Translations under genes and position numbers: made by a program
In this document: positions 11,026 through 21,305 of the stretch, one piece after another
Position numbering within the stretch: position 1 is the first letter of the stretch
Layout of the letters: the number at the start of each line of letters is the position of its first letter
DNA from: Acidobacteriota bacterium
GTDB lineage: Bacteria; Acidobacteriota; UBA6911
NCBI GenBank assembly: GCA_963664705.1
Contig: OY761556.1
Coordinates: forward strand, 1,088,001-1,152,000
Length of the DNA: 64,000 nt
Reading direction: 5' to 3'
Notes under the pieces: generated by a model
Database searches by the model: none
What the model saw: the letters and a program-made list of their open reading frames with translations, nothing else
What the model was told of the DNA's origin: nothing

Positions 11026-11964
11026 TTACCGTTTCGGTGCCGGAGTGTCGGCGTTGGTGCCGGTGGGGCCACGGAAGTCGCTCATCTTGAGATGCGTCAA
11101 CGTGTGCACGTAGCGAATCTTGCCGTTTTCCAGCCGGAACAGGTGCGTGTCCGGTGCACCGGAAGTGCCGGGGCCGCCGGCGCCGAATGTACACCAGACC
11201 ACTACCGAGCCGATCACCTCATCCACCACGAAGCGGCGGTTGGCGATGTTTACGCCTGCCGGCAGGCCGGCTTCGCAGGTATCCGCGTCCGTTCCCTTTG
11301 AAGTGGTCATGCCGCCCTCGACTCGCACGCACGGATAGCCCCAGGGAACCAGGTCGGCCCTCGCCTCCAGGAAGGCGTCAAGGTATGCACCAGCCCCGCG
11401 CTCCAGCTCGGTGCGGGTGTTGCGGCGGTCGGTGGGGATGGGCCCCCAATTTTCCTTCGACGTATACTCCAGGTAGTTGTCGGCGTTAAACAGCCACTCG
11501 CCCGTCGTAGTCGTAATCAGTTCGACCTCGGCGATCTTGTCATGGTTAATGCGCATGCGCACGCCGATCACATAGGGGTTGGCCTTATCGGTCACGATGA
11601 CCTCGGTGAAGGTCTGGCACGTTGCGTCGTCATACAGGCTCATGCTCTTGTCGATGTTGAGCGGCTTGGTGATGAGGCCGGTCTTGATGTCGGCGGGCTT
11701 CATGTTCTCCTGGTAGCCGAGGCCGTTGGCAAGCGGCAGAATGGAGAGGTCACCCTTGGCTTGTGCGGCCAGGTAGAGCCTGACGGCGTGTTGCAGGCCG
11801 CCGCGCTGGCAGGACACCATTGGGACTTGTGTGGCCTGCACTCCCGCCGGAGGATCCCCTGGTTTCGGCGCTTTAGCCTTCGGCATCTGTGCATGGCCCA
11901 ACGCGGGGATCAGGATAGCAGCGCAGAGAGCGACCCACATCGTGACTAATTTCGTATGTTTCAC
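11026..11964 (-). CDS. Secreted hypothetical protein, probably tandem NTF2/SnoaL-like domains
   Basis: GTG start after AGGAAAGG; signal peptide ending GHA-Q; CxRVEGG, RRFVVDE, HLFRLENGKIRYVHT. Confidence 0.75.
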   Translation of the reverse strand: MKHTKLVTMWVALCAAILIPALGHAQMPKAKAPKPGDPPAGVQATQVPMVSCQRGGLQHAVRLYLAAQAKGDLSILPLANGLGYQENMKPADIKTGLITKPLNIDKSMSLYDDATCQTFTEVIVTDKANPYVIGVRMRINHDKIAEVELITTTTGEWLFNADNYLEYTSKENWGPIPTDRRNTRTELERGAGAYLDAFLEARADLVPWGYPCVRVEGGMTTSKGTDADTCEAGLPAGVNIANRRFVVDEVIGSVVVWCTFGAGGPGTSGAPDTHLFRLENGKIRYVHTLTHLKMSDFRGPTGTNADTPAPKR

Positions 11965-12213
11965 TGGTTTTCCTTTCCTATAGATGATTGTATGACAAGA
12001 TGGACCGGCCGAGTTTCTGTTCTCGCGCCGTCGCATCATGACCTTCCGATAGGCGGCCTTGGGTTGCGCGCACATGCCTGCCGCCGCTTTCCAATGCCTG
12101 CTGAATCGGGATTTTACTGCAAAATCGGAATTATATTGCGAATATTCCGCAGCGGTTAGTACCGTTTACCAGGATTTGGGAGCATTTTTATGTTGGAAGG
12201 CAAAAACCAGGGC

Positions 12214-13422
12214 ATGATCCGCAAATACCTCCGAGTGCTTTTCCCGATTTTGTTTTCCGTGATCGTCTCCTCCATGGGCGCTGCCTTGACATACATCTTT
12301 CTATCCCTGATCCTCCCATCGCCAGTGATCGACTACACGGTGCCCGTACTGGTCTTTGTGGCCCTCTGCAATGCCTGTTTGCGGCTCTTGCTGAGGATCC
12401 GCCCGGCAAATGATTTCGCCCACTTGGCCTTGCCGCTTAGCCTTGCAGCCACGCTGCTGGCATTTGGCATTGTGGCTTTCCCAACGGTTCAGGAAGCCGT
12501 TCGGTTTCACCCTGCCCACGGCAGCGCCGAGGTTCTTCAAGCATTGCGACGGAATGCCTTCCCGCTGAAATCCGTGAGTGCGGGCCAAGGTTTCGATGAT
12601 CTGCGGCCCCTAAAAAGCATACTGGCAGGAAAGCGTATTGTGGCTCTGGGCGAGGCCACGCATGGGACCAGTCAGTTTTTCCGCATGAAACACCGCCTGG
12701 CGGAATTTCTGGTGGCAGAGATGGGCTTCCGGCATTTCGGGATGGAACTCAGCACCAGGGATGGCCACCTGCTGAACAACTACATCCAAGGAGAACCGGC
12801 AGATCCTCTCCAAGTGCTCTATTGGCCCTGGAGAACTCGAGAGGTGCTGGATATGCTTGCCTGGATGCGTGCCTACAATGCCAGCGCCAGTCCGCAAGAA
12901 CGTCTCACTTTTCATGGGATTGATCCCATTTACGGTAAGCGCGATCCCGTAATGGCGCAGAACGTGGCTCTCCTGCTGGAGGAAGCAGGTCCGGAAAGCA
13001 AGATGGTTCTGTGGGCACACAACGCTCATATCTCGAACAGAAACGGGTGGATGGGCCGTTACCTGAAAGCGAAGTGGGGCGATATGGCCTACTTGCTGGG
13101 TTTTGAGTTTGATCGCGGCGTGTTTACATCACGCATGGCGACTATCCATTCCTATGCGATCGGCGCAGCCTCTCCCGAATATTATGCGCATGCCCTGGCG
13201 CGGCTGGGCATTCCGGTGTTATACCTTGATTTCCAGGTTCTGTCCCGGTCGCCAGTTCTGCGCACCTGGCTTGAAACGCCTCAAAGCTCGCACGAGTTTC
13301 AGGAGCTGCATGCCATCTATCGGCTAAACCCGGAGTGGCACACTCTACATGACAGTTGGGCACAGCTTTATGATGGGATGATCTTCATTGAAGAAAGCAC
13401 GCCAGCCATATCTGTGCCGTAA
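12214..13422 (+). CDS. Erythromycin-esterase (Ere/TIKI-fold) family protein with three N-terminal TM helices
   Basis: VALGEATHGT, GME, RDPVMAQN, LWAHNAHI, YDGMIFI. Confidence 0.85.
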   Translation: MIRKYLRVLFPILFSVIVSSMGAALTYIFLSLILPSPVIDYTVPVLVFVALCNACLRLLLRIRPANDFAHLALPLSLAATLLAFGIVAFPTVQEAVRFHPAHGSAEVLQALRRNAFPLKSVSAGQGFDDLRPLKSILAGKRIVALGEATHGTSQFFRMKHRLAEFLVAEMGFRHFGMELSTRDGHLLNNYIQGEPADPLQVLYWPWRTREVLDMLAWMRAYNASASPQERLTFHGIDPIYGKRDPVMAQNVALLLEEAGPESKMVLWAHNAHISNRNGWMGRYLKAKWGDMAYLLGFEFDRGVFTSRMATIHSYAIGAASPEYYAHALARLGIPVLYLDFQVLSRSPVLRTWLETPQSSHEFQELHAIYRLNPEWHTLHDSWAQLYDGMIFIEESTPAISVP

Positions 13423-13433
13423 GGGAACATTGT

Positions 13434-16400
13434 TTATGGGATTGTATAGCTGAACGCAACCGCGCCGTTTTCCCTGCCGGGCGCCTCGTCCTTAGCCGGG
13501 TATGTCCTTACATAATCTACTTTCACGCCGATCGTTGAAACGGTCACTCGGGTATACCCGCTATTGGGGAACTTATCTCCGCTCAGGTAGGCATCTGCGT
13601 TGAACCAGGAATAGTTCGGGTCTGCCGGCTCTGAGAGTGTCTGGTAGGTAACCCCATCCAGCTGCTGCCGTACCCAGATGTGATCGTGTCCCTGAAAGAA
13701 GATTGTGACGTGATTGGCCACCATCAACTGATGAAGCGGAAGGCTCCATGTCGGACGGTTCTTTGAGAACCCCCACGTCCCGTTGGCATTCCCTCCGCCC
13801 CACTCATACAACCCCGCTATCTCCACTCCGCCCCTCTGGGTGCCCATCACGTGATGGGCGAAGACGAATTTGTATTTGGCCGTACTCTGCTCAAGAGTAG
13901 TTTTTAACCACTGGTATTCAGCGTCTCCATGGGTGATGTCCCACATGTTGGATCGTTTCGATCCGCCGCCAAACGGTGCATCCACGCACACTGGGGAAGA
14001 CCAGTAAGGATCAAGGACCACGAAAAGTGCATCGCCCCATTGCCAGGCGTAGTAGTTCCTCAGAAGCCCGATATACGGCACAACCTCCGCATTCCCGCTG
14101 TAAAACGAATCCGGTGCAGGTTGGGAATAGAGCGAATTTCGGGCATTCTGGGCCCAGACCGCCACATTATCAGGCGTTCCATCCAGCAGATACCTTGCCG
14201 CCTGCTCGTGATTTCCGTTTACAAGAAACAGTGGCGCTGTATTGCCGATCAGCCCGAGATAGGGTCGCTGCAGAGTATATCGTTCGTTCACCAATGACGG
14301 GTTGACGGTTGTGGGATCCAGATTGTCCACGCTGAAATCATCCCCCATCAGGATGTAAAAATCGGGATGATCTGCTGCCGCCGTTGCTAGGGTTCTTCTG
14401 TATAATTCCGCATCAAACTGCGATTTCTCACGCTCCGGGTGAGAATCGCCCTGAATCGCGAAGGTGAATGTCTCTCCGGCACTGCGTGCCGTATGAAAGC
14501 TCATCTCCGTACTGTTGCCGAAATTGCCTGTCCCTGCGGGTTTGAAGTATAGCCGGTAATAGTATCGCGTATTCTCCAGAAGCCCGGTCAGAGTGAATTC
14601 AACCGGGATGGACGGCTGAATGTTTGCGATAGAAGTCGTTTGTTCGTAGGTGCCGCTTGATTTTCCATAGGCGATAAATGCGGTCCCGCTCTGATCGGAA
14701 GTGAGCACATTCGCTTTGACAGAGTTTGCCGCTGGCGAACCAAGAACGATGCTGCCATCGAAAAGGCTCGTGCGGTCGGCTGCTCCGACGGCAATCAGCC
14801 GAGATGTAGAATTCGAACCCGCTGAATTCGTTACCGAAAGAGTAACGGAATATGAGCCGGCGCTCGCATATGTGTGCACTGGATTCCGGGTGGAACTTGA
14901 AACACCATCGCCGAAATTCCATGCCCAGGAAACGGGGCCTCCTGAACTTGAATCCGTGAACTGTATGCTCTGACCTGCAAGCGCCGCCGCCGGGCTCAAT
15001 GAAAATGATGCAACTGGCACTGTCGATTGCAGGGTCACCGACCAGGAATCATCGATTTCCCCATTCTTTTGCGTGGCCGTTTCGCTTGCCGGCAACCATG
15101 CCCGCACGTATTGGGCTTGAGCGCTGTTTGGCGAGACCGTAACTCGCAGATGACCGCTGCTGCTCAATATTGTTCCGGAAGAATAGTGATACTGCGTTGC
15201 AAGCGCCGCGCCGCTGGAGGTGTTTTTGGCGCTGGGCTGGGGAACCTCCAGGTAAACGATTCCATCGAGAGTTTGTCTTGCGTACAAATGATCATGGCCG
15301 TGAAACACTGCCGTGACGCCATACTGCTTGAGCATCTGATGGATAGGAACGCCCCAGCCCGGACGGTTTTTGCTGAACCCATCCGTGCCGTCCGGATTTT
15401 TCCCGCCCCATTCAAAATAGGGCGCAGCTTCAATGCCTCCTCGGTATTGCCCGTCAAGTCCGCCCACCAGGCTGTGAATGAAAATGAACTTGTAGGTTGC
15501 GGAACTTGCTGCAAGTGTATCTCGCAGCCATTGGTACTGCTTCGGCCCAAGAGTCAGATTCCAGCCGTCCGTACCACCTTTTGCTCTTGTATTCCAATAA
15601 GGGTCCAGAACGACAAACAGGGCATCGCCCCACTGCCACGAATACCATGACGCACGCTCTCCGACAAATGCCTCTGACGTTGTATCCCCTCCGTAAAAGG
15701 GATCGGGTGTTGGATTCAAATAGAATTGCTGACGTGCTTCCGTCGTCCACACTGCAAGGTTATTTGCAGTGCCATCAACGAACCAGCCGGTCTCGCCTTC
15801 GTGGTTTCCGTTGACGAGGAACAATGGCACCGACGGACTGATGATTCCGAAATTGCCCCGTTCATATTCGTAACGGGCATTAACCGTTGCCGGATCCCGG
15901 GCCGTTTGTACTGTTGATGTCAAGGGAGCGGAATACTTCTCGCACATGAACGTATCACCCAAGTCGATGTGGAAATCGGGCGCATCCGCTTGAACATTGC
16001 TTAGGGTTTTGCGATAGAGATTCAGATCCGAGTTCTCATCGAGGTGGGAGTCGGCTTGGATCGTAAATGTAAACGAGGTGCCGGCCGGCCGGGCGGTTCG
16101 AAAGGTATACCAATCTGTTGGCCCGCTGCTGCTACCGGCTGAAGCCTCATAAAAAAGGCGATAGTAGTACACTGTGTTTTCATACAATCCAGTAAGCGCA
16201 ATCTGCATCGGAATACCGGCAGAGAGGGTGGCCGAGGATGTCTGATTATCGAGCTTTCCGGGACTCGTTCCATACTGAACCGAGATCTTTCCGCTCTGAC
16301 CGGCAGAATATATATTCAGCTTTATGGAATTCGAAGTTGGTGCTCCAAGAAGGATGCTGCCCGAAAAACTCCCCTTCCCATAGGTAACGACTGGCAACGT

Positions 16401-17828
16401 TGTCAGCGCGAGAGGAGAACCGCTAATGCGCAACGCTAGAGCCGCTACTTCCGTACTTGAACTTACCCAAAGGGATCCTTTGAAATCATGGATTCCAGGG
16501 AATAGTTCTGAAACCATTTTTGCCATGTGACCGCCGGCGGAAAGGCTCATCGTGAAACCCATGCCGACTGCGTTCCCTTCAGTATCCAGCAACTGGATTT
16601 TCAGAGAATCATCTGAGCTGGTGGTTCCGGTGAGGGCTATTCCAGTGTCGTAATCTCCGGTCACCACCACCGGCACTGCAAATGAATTCAGCGCAGTTGA
16701 GCCGTTTACGGCCGCCTCAGTCTGAAAAGCTCCGGTTGAGTTCAAAACGGTGAAGATGCCGGACACGCTAACTGGAATATCAGAGGTAATCATCGCTGCG
16801 GCAGTATTCAGGCCGCCGACTCCATCGGTCTGCAGGAACAACGATGCCCCCGAGGCAAGATTCGAAAAAGTGAAAATATTCCGCCTTCCTTGCCCAATGA
16901 TGGTCATGCTGACTGGTTTTCCATCATCGCCGGTCAAGCTTAAAGTCACATTGGCCGGTGCTGCAGAAATGTTGGTAATTAGAAAGGACGTTTTATAGAT
17001 GCCGCTGCCAAACGATCCGTTCGCAATTTGTGGGAGGTACAGTTTCTGTTCCGTCGAGCTTGTCGAAACGCTGGATACCGAGGTATAGGACAGCGGGGAA
17101 GCATTCTCCCTCAGTGCAATTGACGCCAAGGGTTCTGAAGACTGGACCAGTATGGATCCCTGGAAATTAGCCACTGTCGGAAAGAGCTGTCCAGGCCCGT
17201 ATACATAATGGGCAATGTGCTTGTTTGCCCCTAAAGTGAAAATTACCGGTATCCCGGATTGTTGGCCACTGCTATCCCGCAACGTGAGGGTCACCGTCGC
17301 ATCTCTGCCTGTGGTATTGAGAACCGCAAGAGCTGTATTGAAGGAGGCTGTAGTATCGACGGGAAGCACAAAACTGGATAGTGGTTTCGCGTCACTGATG
17401 CCGGTTTCGGTATAGTGAGTTCCATCCATGTCATAAACTCTGAAGATTTCCGATACTCCAATCTCTGCGGGGGAGGAGATCTTCGCGACACCGGCAACCA
17501 GGCTTCCTTGTCCATCCGTTTCAAGCAGTTGCGTGCCTCCGGCTGGCAGGTGAATGGTAAATCTGCTGCCTGAATTCCCATCCACCGCCATTATCAGAGG
17601 GTTTCCCTCGTCATCGAATAATTCCAAAGTGGCAGCAAAAGCGGAACCGCTGTTGTTGCAAAGCACAAAGGTAGTTGTGAATCTCCCTCCATTGCCTCCG
17701 TTGGCAATCTGCGGCAAATAATAAACGCTCTGCGCATATAGGCTGTTTGCGAAAAAGCATGCTGTGCAGAGAACAATAAGCAGATATTTGCAAATTGAAA
17801 TTGTTTTCCTCGTCATCAGGACTCGCAT
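13434..17828 (-). CDS. Large secreted protein: two N-terminal beta modules, FN3-like + metallophosphoesterase, PKD domain, second FN3-like + metallophosphoesterase
   Basis: Two full motif sets (DSH, GD, GNHE, GHDH); WAWNFGDG PKD signature; signal peptide ending LYA-Q. Confidence 0.9.
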   Translation of the reverse strand: MRVLMTRKTISICKYLLIVLCTACFFANSLYAQSVYYLPQIANGGNGGRFTTTFVLCNNSGSAFAATLELFDDEGNPLIMAVDGNSGSRFTIHLPAGGTQLLETDGQGSLVAGVAKISSPAEIGVSEIFRVYDMDGTHYTETGISDAKPLSSFVLPVDTTASFNTALAVLNTTGRDATVTLTLRDSSGQQSGIPVIFTLGANKHIAHYVYGPGQLFPTVANFQGSILVQSSEPLASIALRENASPLSYTSVSSVSTSSTEQKLYLPQIANGSFGSGIYKTSFLITNISAAPANVTLSLTGDDGKPVSMTIIGQGRRNIFTFSNLASGASLFLQTDGVGGLNTAAAMITSDIPVSVSGIFTVLNSTGAFQTEAAVNGSTALNSFAVPVVVTGDYDTGIALTGTTSSDDSLKIQLLDTEGNAVGMGFTMSLSAGGHMAKMVSELFPGIHDFKGSLWVSSSTEVAALALRISGSPLALTTLPVVTYGKGSFSGSILLGAPTSNSIKLNIYSAGQSGKISVQYGTSPGKLDNQTSSATLSAGIPMQIALTGLYENTVYYYRLFYEASAGSSSGPTDWYTFRTARPAGTSFTFTIQADSHLDENSDLNLYRKTLSNVQADAPDFHIDLGDTFMCEKYSAPLTSTVQTARDPATVNARYEYERGNFGIISPSVPLFLVNGNHEGETGWFVDGTANNLAVWTTEARQQFYLNPTPDPFYGGDTTSEAFVGERASWYSWQWGDALFVVLDPYWNTRAKGGTDGWNLTLGPKQYQWLRDTLAASSATYKFIFIHSLVGGLDGQYRGGIEAAPYFEWGGKNPDGTDGFSKNRPGWGVPIHQMLKQYGVTAVFHGHDHLYARQTLDGIVYLEVPQPSAKNTSSGAALATQYHYSSGTILSSSGHLRVTVSPNSAQAQYVRAWLPASETATQKNGEIDDSWSVTLQSTVPVASFSLSPAAALAGQSIQFTDSSSGGPVSWAWNFGDGVSSSTRNPVHTYASAGSYSVTLSVTNSAGSNSTSRLIAVGAADRTSLFDGSIVLGSPAANSVKANVLTSDQSGTAFIAYGKSSGTYEQTTSIANIQPSIPVEFTLTGLLENTRYYYRLYFKPAGTGNFGNSTEMSFHTARSAGETFTFAIQGDSHPEREKSQFDAELYRRTLATAAADHPDFYILMGDDFSVDNLDPTTVNPSLVNERYTLQRPYLGLIGNTAPLFLVNGNHEQAARYLLDGTPDNVAVWAQNARNSLYSQPAPDSFYSGNAEVVPYIGLLRNYYAWQWGDALFVVLDPYWSSPVCVDAPFGGGSKRSNMWDITHGDAEYQWLKTTLEQSTAKYKFVFAHHVMGTQRGGVEIAGLYEWGGGNANGTWGFSKNRPTWSLPLHQLMVANHVTIFFQGHDHIWVRQQLDGVTYQTLSEPADPNYSWFNADAYLSGDKFPNSGYTRVTVSTIGVKVDYVRTYPAKDEAPGRENGAVAFSYTIP

Positions 17829-17853
17829 CAGGTCTCTCTGGAGTTCTTGCCTT

Positions 17854-20550
17854 TTAGGGCTCGAAGAACAGGTAATCCGTATTGCTGATATAGGGCGCTA
17901 GCAGGCCTGCATCATTGATGACGCTCGAATAGAGAAAGGGCGTTGTGCAAATCGAGAAATCAAAGGCCGTTCCGTCTGAATAGGTGCCCGACATTATGGA
18001 TTTGCGTAGTGCCGCAAACTTGGTTTTCTGTTCGGCACTAAGAGTATTGAACACTTGGGATATCACTGTTGCATAGTGATAGTTATTCTCGCCATCCAGA
18101 TCCCCATAGGTTTCAGACAATGCGAGCACTTGATTTTTGATCTCATCCGTTGCAACCGTGGTTGTCATCAGACTTCGCAGCAGTGTAGAGATCTGAGTCC
18201 GAAGGTTTACGATGTTGGAAATGGGGGATGAGTACAGGTTATTCCTCTGGATGTCCACCAGGTTATTGAAAGCTGCAGCCTGGTTTGCTGTGACATAGCC
18301 TCTGGAGCTGTCACTGAGCGCCGACCCAGCGGTAGCCGTCAGCTGTTCATTGATGCTGTAGCCTTCATGCCCTACGGCCGGAGCATCCTTGATATAGAAT
18401 CCTCCATAGTAAGTCCCATGACGCTCGGGACAGAAGTAGACATCGGCCGTCACTGATCCGGCATACCAGCTGAAGATGTCGCTTGCATAGGTCATCACTG
18501 CCACCGAGGTGTCTCGTGGAAGTTTTTGCATCTTGGCTTTAATTAGATCGTTGCTGATGTCCGGCCAGGAAGCCCATCCCTTGCCTTTCATGGCATTCAG
18601 GTAGGTCTTCTGCGTTGAGTCCATGGAGTTGAGGATATTGGCATAGAGGAGAGCGCGATCGAAGCTCATCTGGCCGTCGATGAGGTAGAGTGCCCGTGAA
18701 GCCTGCCTTACCGCATTGAGGTTCAGCCCATTGGAGCCGGCGGGAGTGCTGCCATCGAGTTGGCGGCGAAATGCCTGCATCAAAGGAAATCGTTTGTAGC
18801 CGTATAGATCAATCCGGCTTTGCTCGGTTGTAGCAAGGGAACCCAATTGGGCTAACTGTGCATCAGTTAGGATGTAGATGATATTGTTTGCAATTCGGGT
18901 CAGAAAACTGGTGTTGTGCCCCATGTCGTCCGGATCATTGTCTCGCAGGTACTGAAACCCAAAATAATCCGAAACCTTTCCCGGAGGGAAGAAGGACTGT
19001 GCGTCCAGATTCCCCGTCATCATAGCAAGTCCAGAGAAAGCTATGGTTGTGCTCTGGGCCTGATCGGAAATCGTGTCGGACATGCTGAATCTTGCATTAA
19101 AGTTTGAAATGACAGGCAATGTTGTCAACGAAAGGGGTGAATTATTAATGCGCAGGATCAAAGCCGCCAAATCCGCTGTTGAACTGACTAAAAGCGATCC
19201 TTGAAAATTACTGATTTGTGGAAAGAGTTCTGAAACCATCTTGGCCATATGGCCCTTTGCCGGCAGGTCAAGCTTCAGACTGGTTCCGACCGCTGTCCCG
19301 CTTTCATCCATCAGTTGAAGATTCAAAGAAGCAGCAGAACTGGTGATTCCCTGGAAAGCGATCCCGGTATCAAATGCCCCGGTGACCGCCACCGGTATTG
19401 TGATGGATGATAGCCCCGCAGATCCGCTTACCGCAGCCTCGGTTTGAAAGGCTCCTGCCGAATCAAAAATCGTGAATATGCCGGATACACCGATTGGAAC
19501 ATCCGATGCTATCGTTGCCGCACCAGTAGTCAGGCTGCCAGTTCCATCGGTCTGAAGAGATAATGAAGCTCCCGAAGCAAGGGGCGAAAAGGCGAAATTG
19601 CTATGCTTCCCCTGTCCGATTATGGTCATGTTCACGGGGTTCCCATTATCGTCAGTCAAACTCAAAGTCACATTGGCCGGTTTTGCAGAGATATTTGTAA
19701 TCAGAAAGGACGTTTTATATGCGCCATTGCCAAACGATCCGTTAGCAACCTGAGGGAAATACTGCGTTTGATCGAGCGAATTCGTCGGTATGCTGGACAA
19801 CGCGGTATAGGACAGCGGGTATGAGTTTTCTCTCAAGGCTACCGAGGCCAATGGTTGCGAAGACTGAACCAATAGAGATCCCTGGAAATTGGACGCCGAT
19901 GGAAAGAGCTGTCCTGAACCGGAAATATATCGGGCAATGTGCTTGTTTGCCCCAATTGTCAAGGTAACCGGGGCCCAGGACTGTTTGCCGCTATTGTCAC
20001 GTAATGTGAGCGTGGCGGTGGCATTCGAATTTGCTGTGTTGAGGAATGCCAGCGCTGTATTGAAGTTCCCTGTTGTATCCACGGGAAGCACAAAGCTGGA
20101 CAGAGGTGTCGCACTGTTGATGCCGGTCTCAGTAAAGTGAATCCCATCAACTTCGTAAACCCTGAATATTTCCGATACTCCTATCTTTGCCGAAGAGGAG
20201 AGCCTTGCTACTCCGCTCACCAGACTTCCTTGGCTGTTGGTCTCCAGCAGGCGGGAACTTCCAGCGGGCAACTGAATGACAAAATGGCTGTTGGAACTTC
20301 CACCTACATTCATTATCAGTGGATTTCCATTGTTATCGAATAGGTCCAGGTTGGCGGTAACAGCGGCACTGCTGTTGTTGCAGAGCACGAAGGTTGTTTT
20401 GAACCTGCCCTCATCCCCACCGTTGGCAATTTGGGGTAAATAATAGATATTTTGGGCAAAAGCATTGCCGGCCCAAAAACATGCCAGCCAAAACAGACCC
20501 CATCCGATGACTGTCTTTCTTGATTTGTTGATTTGAATTGCCCGCCGCAT
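17854..20550 (-). CDS. Large secreted protein: same two N-terminal beta modules plus helical C-terminal domain with LTxxQ-like motifs
   Basis: Signal peptide ending AFA-Q; first ~480 aa align by eye with the 1464-aa neighbour; LTDAQ, MDSTQ, VTANQ, LSAEQ; GAGGAGG RBS. Confidence 0.85.
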   Translation of the reverse strand: MRRAIQINKSRKTVIGWGLFWLACFWAGNAFAQNIYYLPQIANGGDEGRFKTTFVLCNNSSAAVTANLDLFDNNGNPLIMNVGGSSNSHFVIQLPAGSSRLLETNSQGSLVSGVARLSSSAKIGVSEIFRVYEVDGIHFTETGINSATPLSSFVLPVDTTGNFNTALAFLNTANSNATATLTLRDNSGKQSWAPVTLTIGANKHIARYISGSGQLFPSASNFQGSLLVQSSQPLASVALRENSYPLSYTALSSIPTNSLDQTQYFPQVANGSFGNGAYKTSFLITNISAKPANVTLSLTDDNGNPVNMTIIGQGKHSNFAFSPLASGASLSLQTDGTGSLTTGAATIASDVPIGVSGIFTIFDSAGAFQTEAAVSGSAGLSSITIPVAVTGAFDTGIAFQGITSSAASLNLQLMDESGTAVGTSLKLDLPAKGHMAKMVSELFPQISNFQGSLLVSSTADLAALILRINNSPLSLTTLPVISNFNARFSMSDTISDQAQSTTIAFSGLAMMTGNLDAQSFFPPGKVSDYFGFQYLRDNDPDDMGHNTSFLTRIANNIIYILTDAQLAQLGSLATTEQSRIDLYGYKRFPLMQAFRRQLDGSTPAGSNGLNLNAVRQASRALYLIDGQMSFDRALLYANILNSMDSTQKTYLNAMKGKGWASWPDISNDLIKAKMQKLPRDTSVAVMTYASDIFSWYAGSVTADVYFCPERHGTYYGGFYIKDAPAVGHEGYSINEQLTATAGSALSDSSRGYVTANQAAAFNNLVDIQRNNLYSSPISNIVNLRTQISTLLRSLMTTTVATDEIKNQVLALSETYGDLDGENNYHYATVISQVFNTLSAEQKTKFAALRKSIMSGTYSDGTAFDFSICTTPFLYSSVINDAGLLAPYISNTDYLFFEP

Positions 20551-20718
20551 ACTTGTCCCTCCTCTTATTCACTGAACGAACAATAAACGCATCTTAGGCT
20601 ATTCGAGCGACACTGGCGGTTATGCCAAAGAGTGGGGAATCGAAGCCTGACACCGGGCGCTCACGCAAGAAGCAAATCCCCAATTATCGGATCAGCCTGT
20701 TTCCCTTCTCAAACGATA

Positions 20719-20746
20719 TGTCGTGGGTTTGGCGGCAATGGTTTAC
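20719..20746 (-). promoter_or_regulatory. Putative ECF-sigma promoter GTAA-N16-CCACGACA for the 898-aa/1464-aa operon
   Basis: Same boxes and same 16-bp spacer as 22304-22331 upstream of the ECF gene. Confidence 0.7.
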
Positions 20747-20765
20747 GCGGATGCTGAATAATTAT

Positions 20766-20806
20766 AAAAAAAACGCCATGGAAGTCGCTGTCGAATCCAT
20801 GGCGTT
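20766..20806 (-). terminator. Intrinsic terminator ending the ECF triad
   Basis: AACGCCATGGA/TCCATGGCGTT stem followed by a long U-tract on the minus strand. Confidence 0.75.
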
Positions 20807-20834
20807 GCCAAATCTTATCTGCTGGGAATGCTTG

Positions 20835-21305
20835 CTATCGCCTTCTTTGCGGTTCTCCTGGCAGCGGTGGCGGCGGCTGTGATTCCTTTTTCTGTAGAAT
20901 CTGCCATTGAGCCGACGTCAAAACCATTCGTAGCTTTAAACTCATCTGGGCAACCGCACGCATCATATCTGCGCGGGTGGTCACGACCTGATCAATCGCT
21001 TCCTGCCCGCGCCTGGGATCCACTTTTTCATCATTCATAATTTGCTGCAAAACCGCCTCGGCTTTGTCGGCGGCACCACGCAGTTGGATCAACTGGTCGC
21101 GGGATTCGGCTACAGTTGCACGGATTTTCTTGTTTTGTTCTTCGCTTAGTCCCAGATCCCTGACAATAGGTTGATCCCACCAAGCTGTGGTTTCGGGTTT
21201 CGGGCGCGGTCCCCGGCCGCCCTGCGGGTTCCGGTCTTGGGCGGATCCGATATTTGTGAACGCCGCAATGATGCACATTAACACGCTGATTCTCAGAGTA
21301 TTCAT
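20835..21305 (-). CDS. Periplasmic Spy/CpxP/heavy-metal-sensor family protein
   Basis: Signal peptide; WW...LGLSEEQ and VLTSAQ LTxxQ motifs; overlaps upstream stop (ATGA). Confidence 0.85.
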   Translation of the reverse strand: MNTLRISVLMCIIAAFTNIGSAQDRNPQGGRGPRPKPETTAWWDQPIVRDLGLSEEQNKKIRATVAESRDQLIQLRGAADKAEAVLQQIMNDEKVDPRRGQEAIDQVVTTRADMMRAVAQMSLKLRMVLTSAQWQILQKKESQPPPPLPGEPQRRR

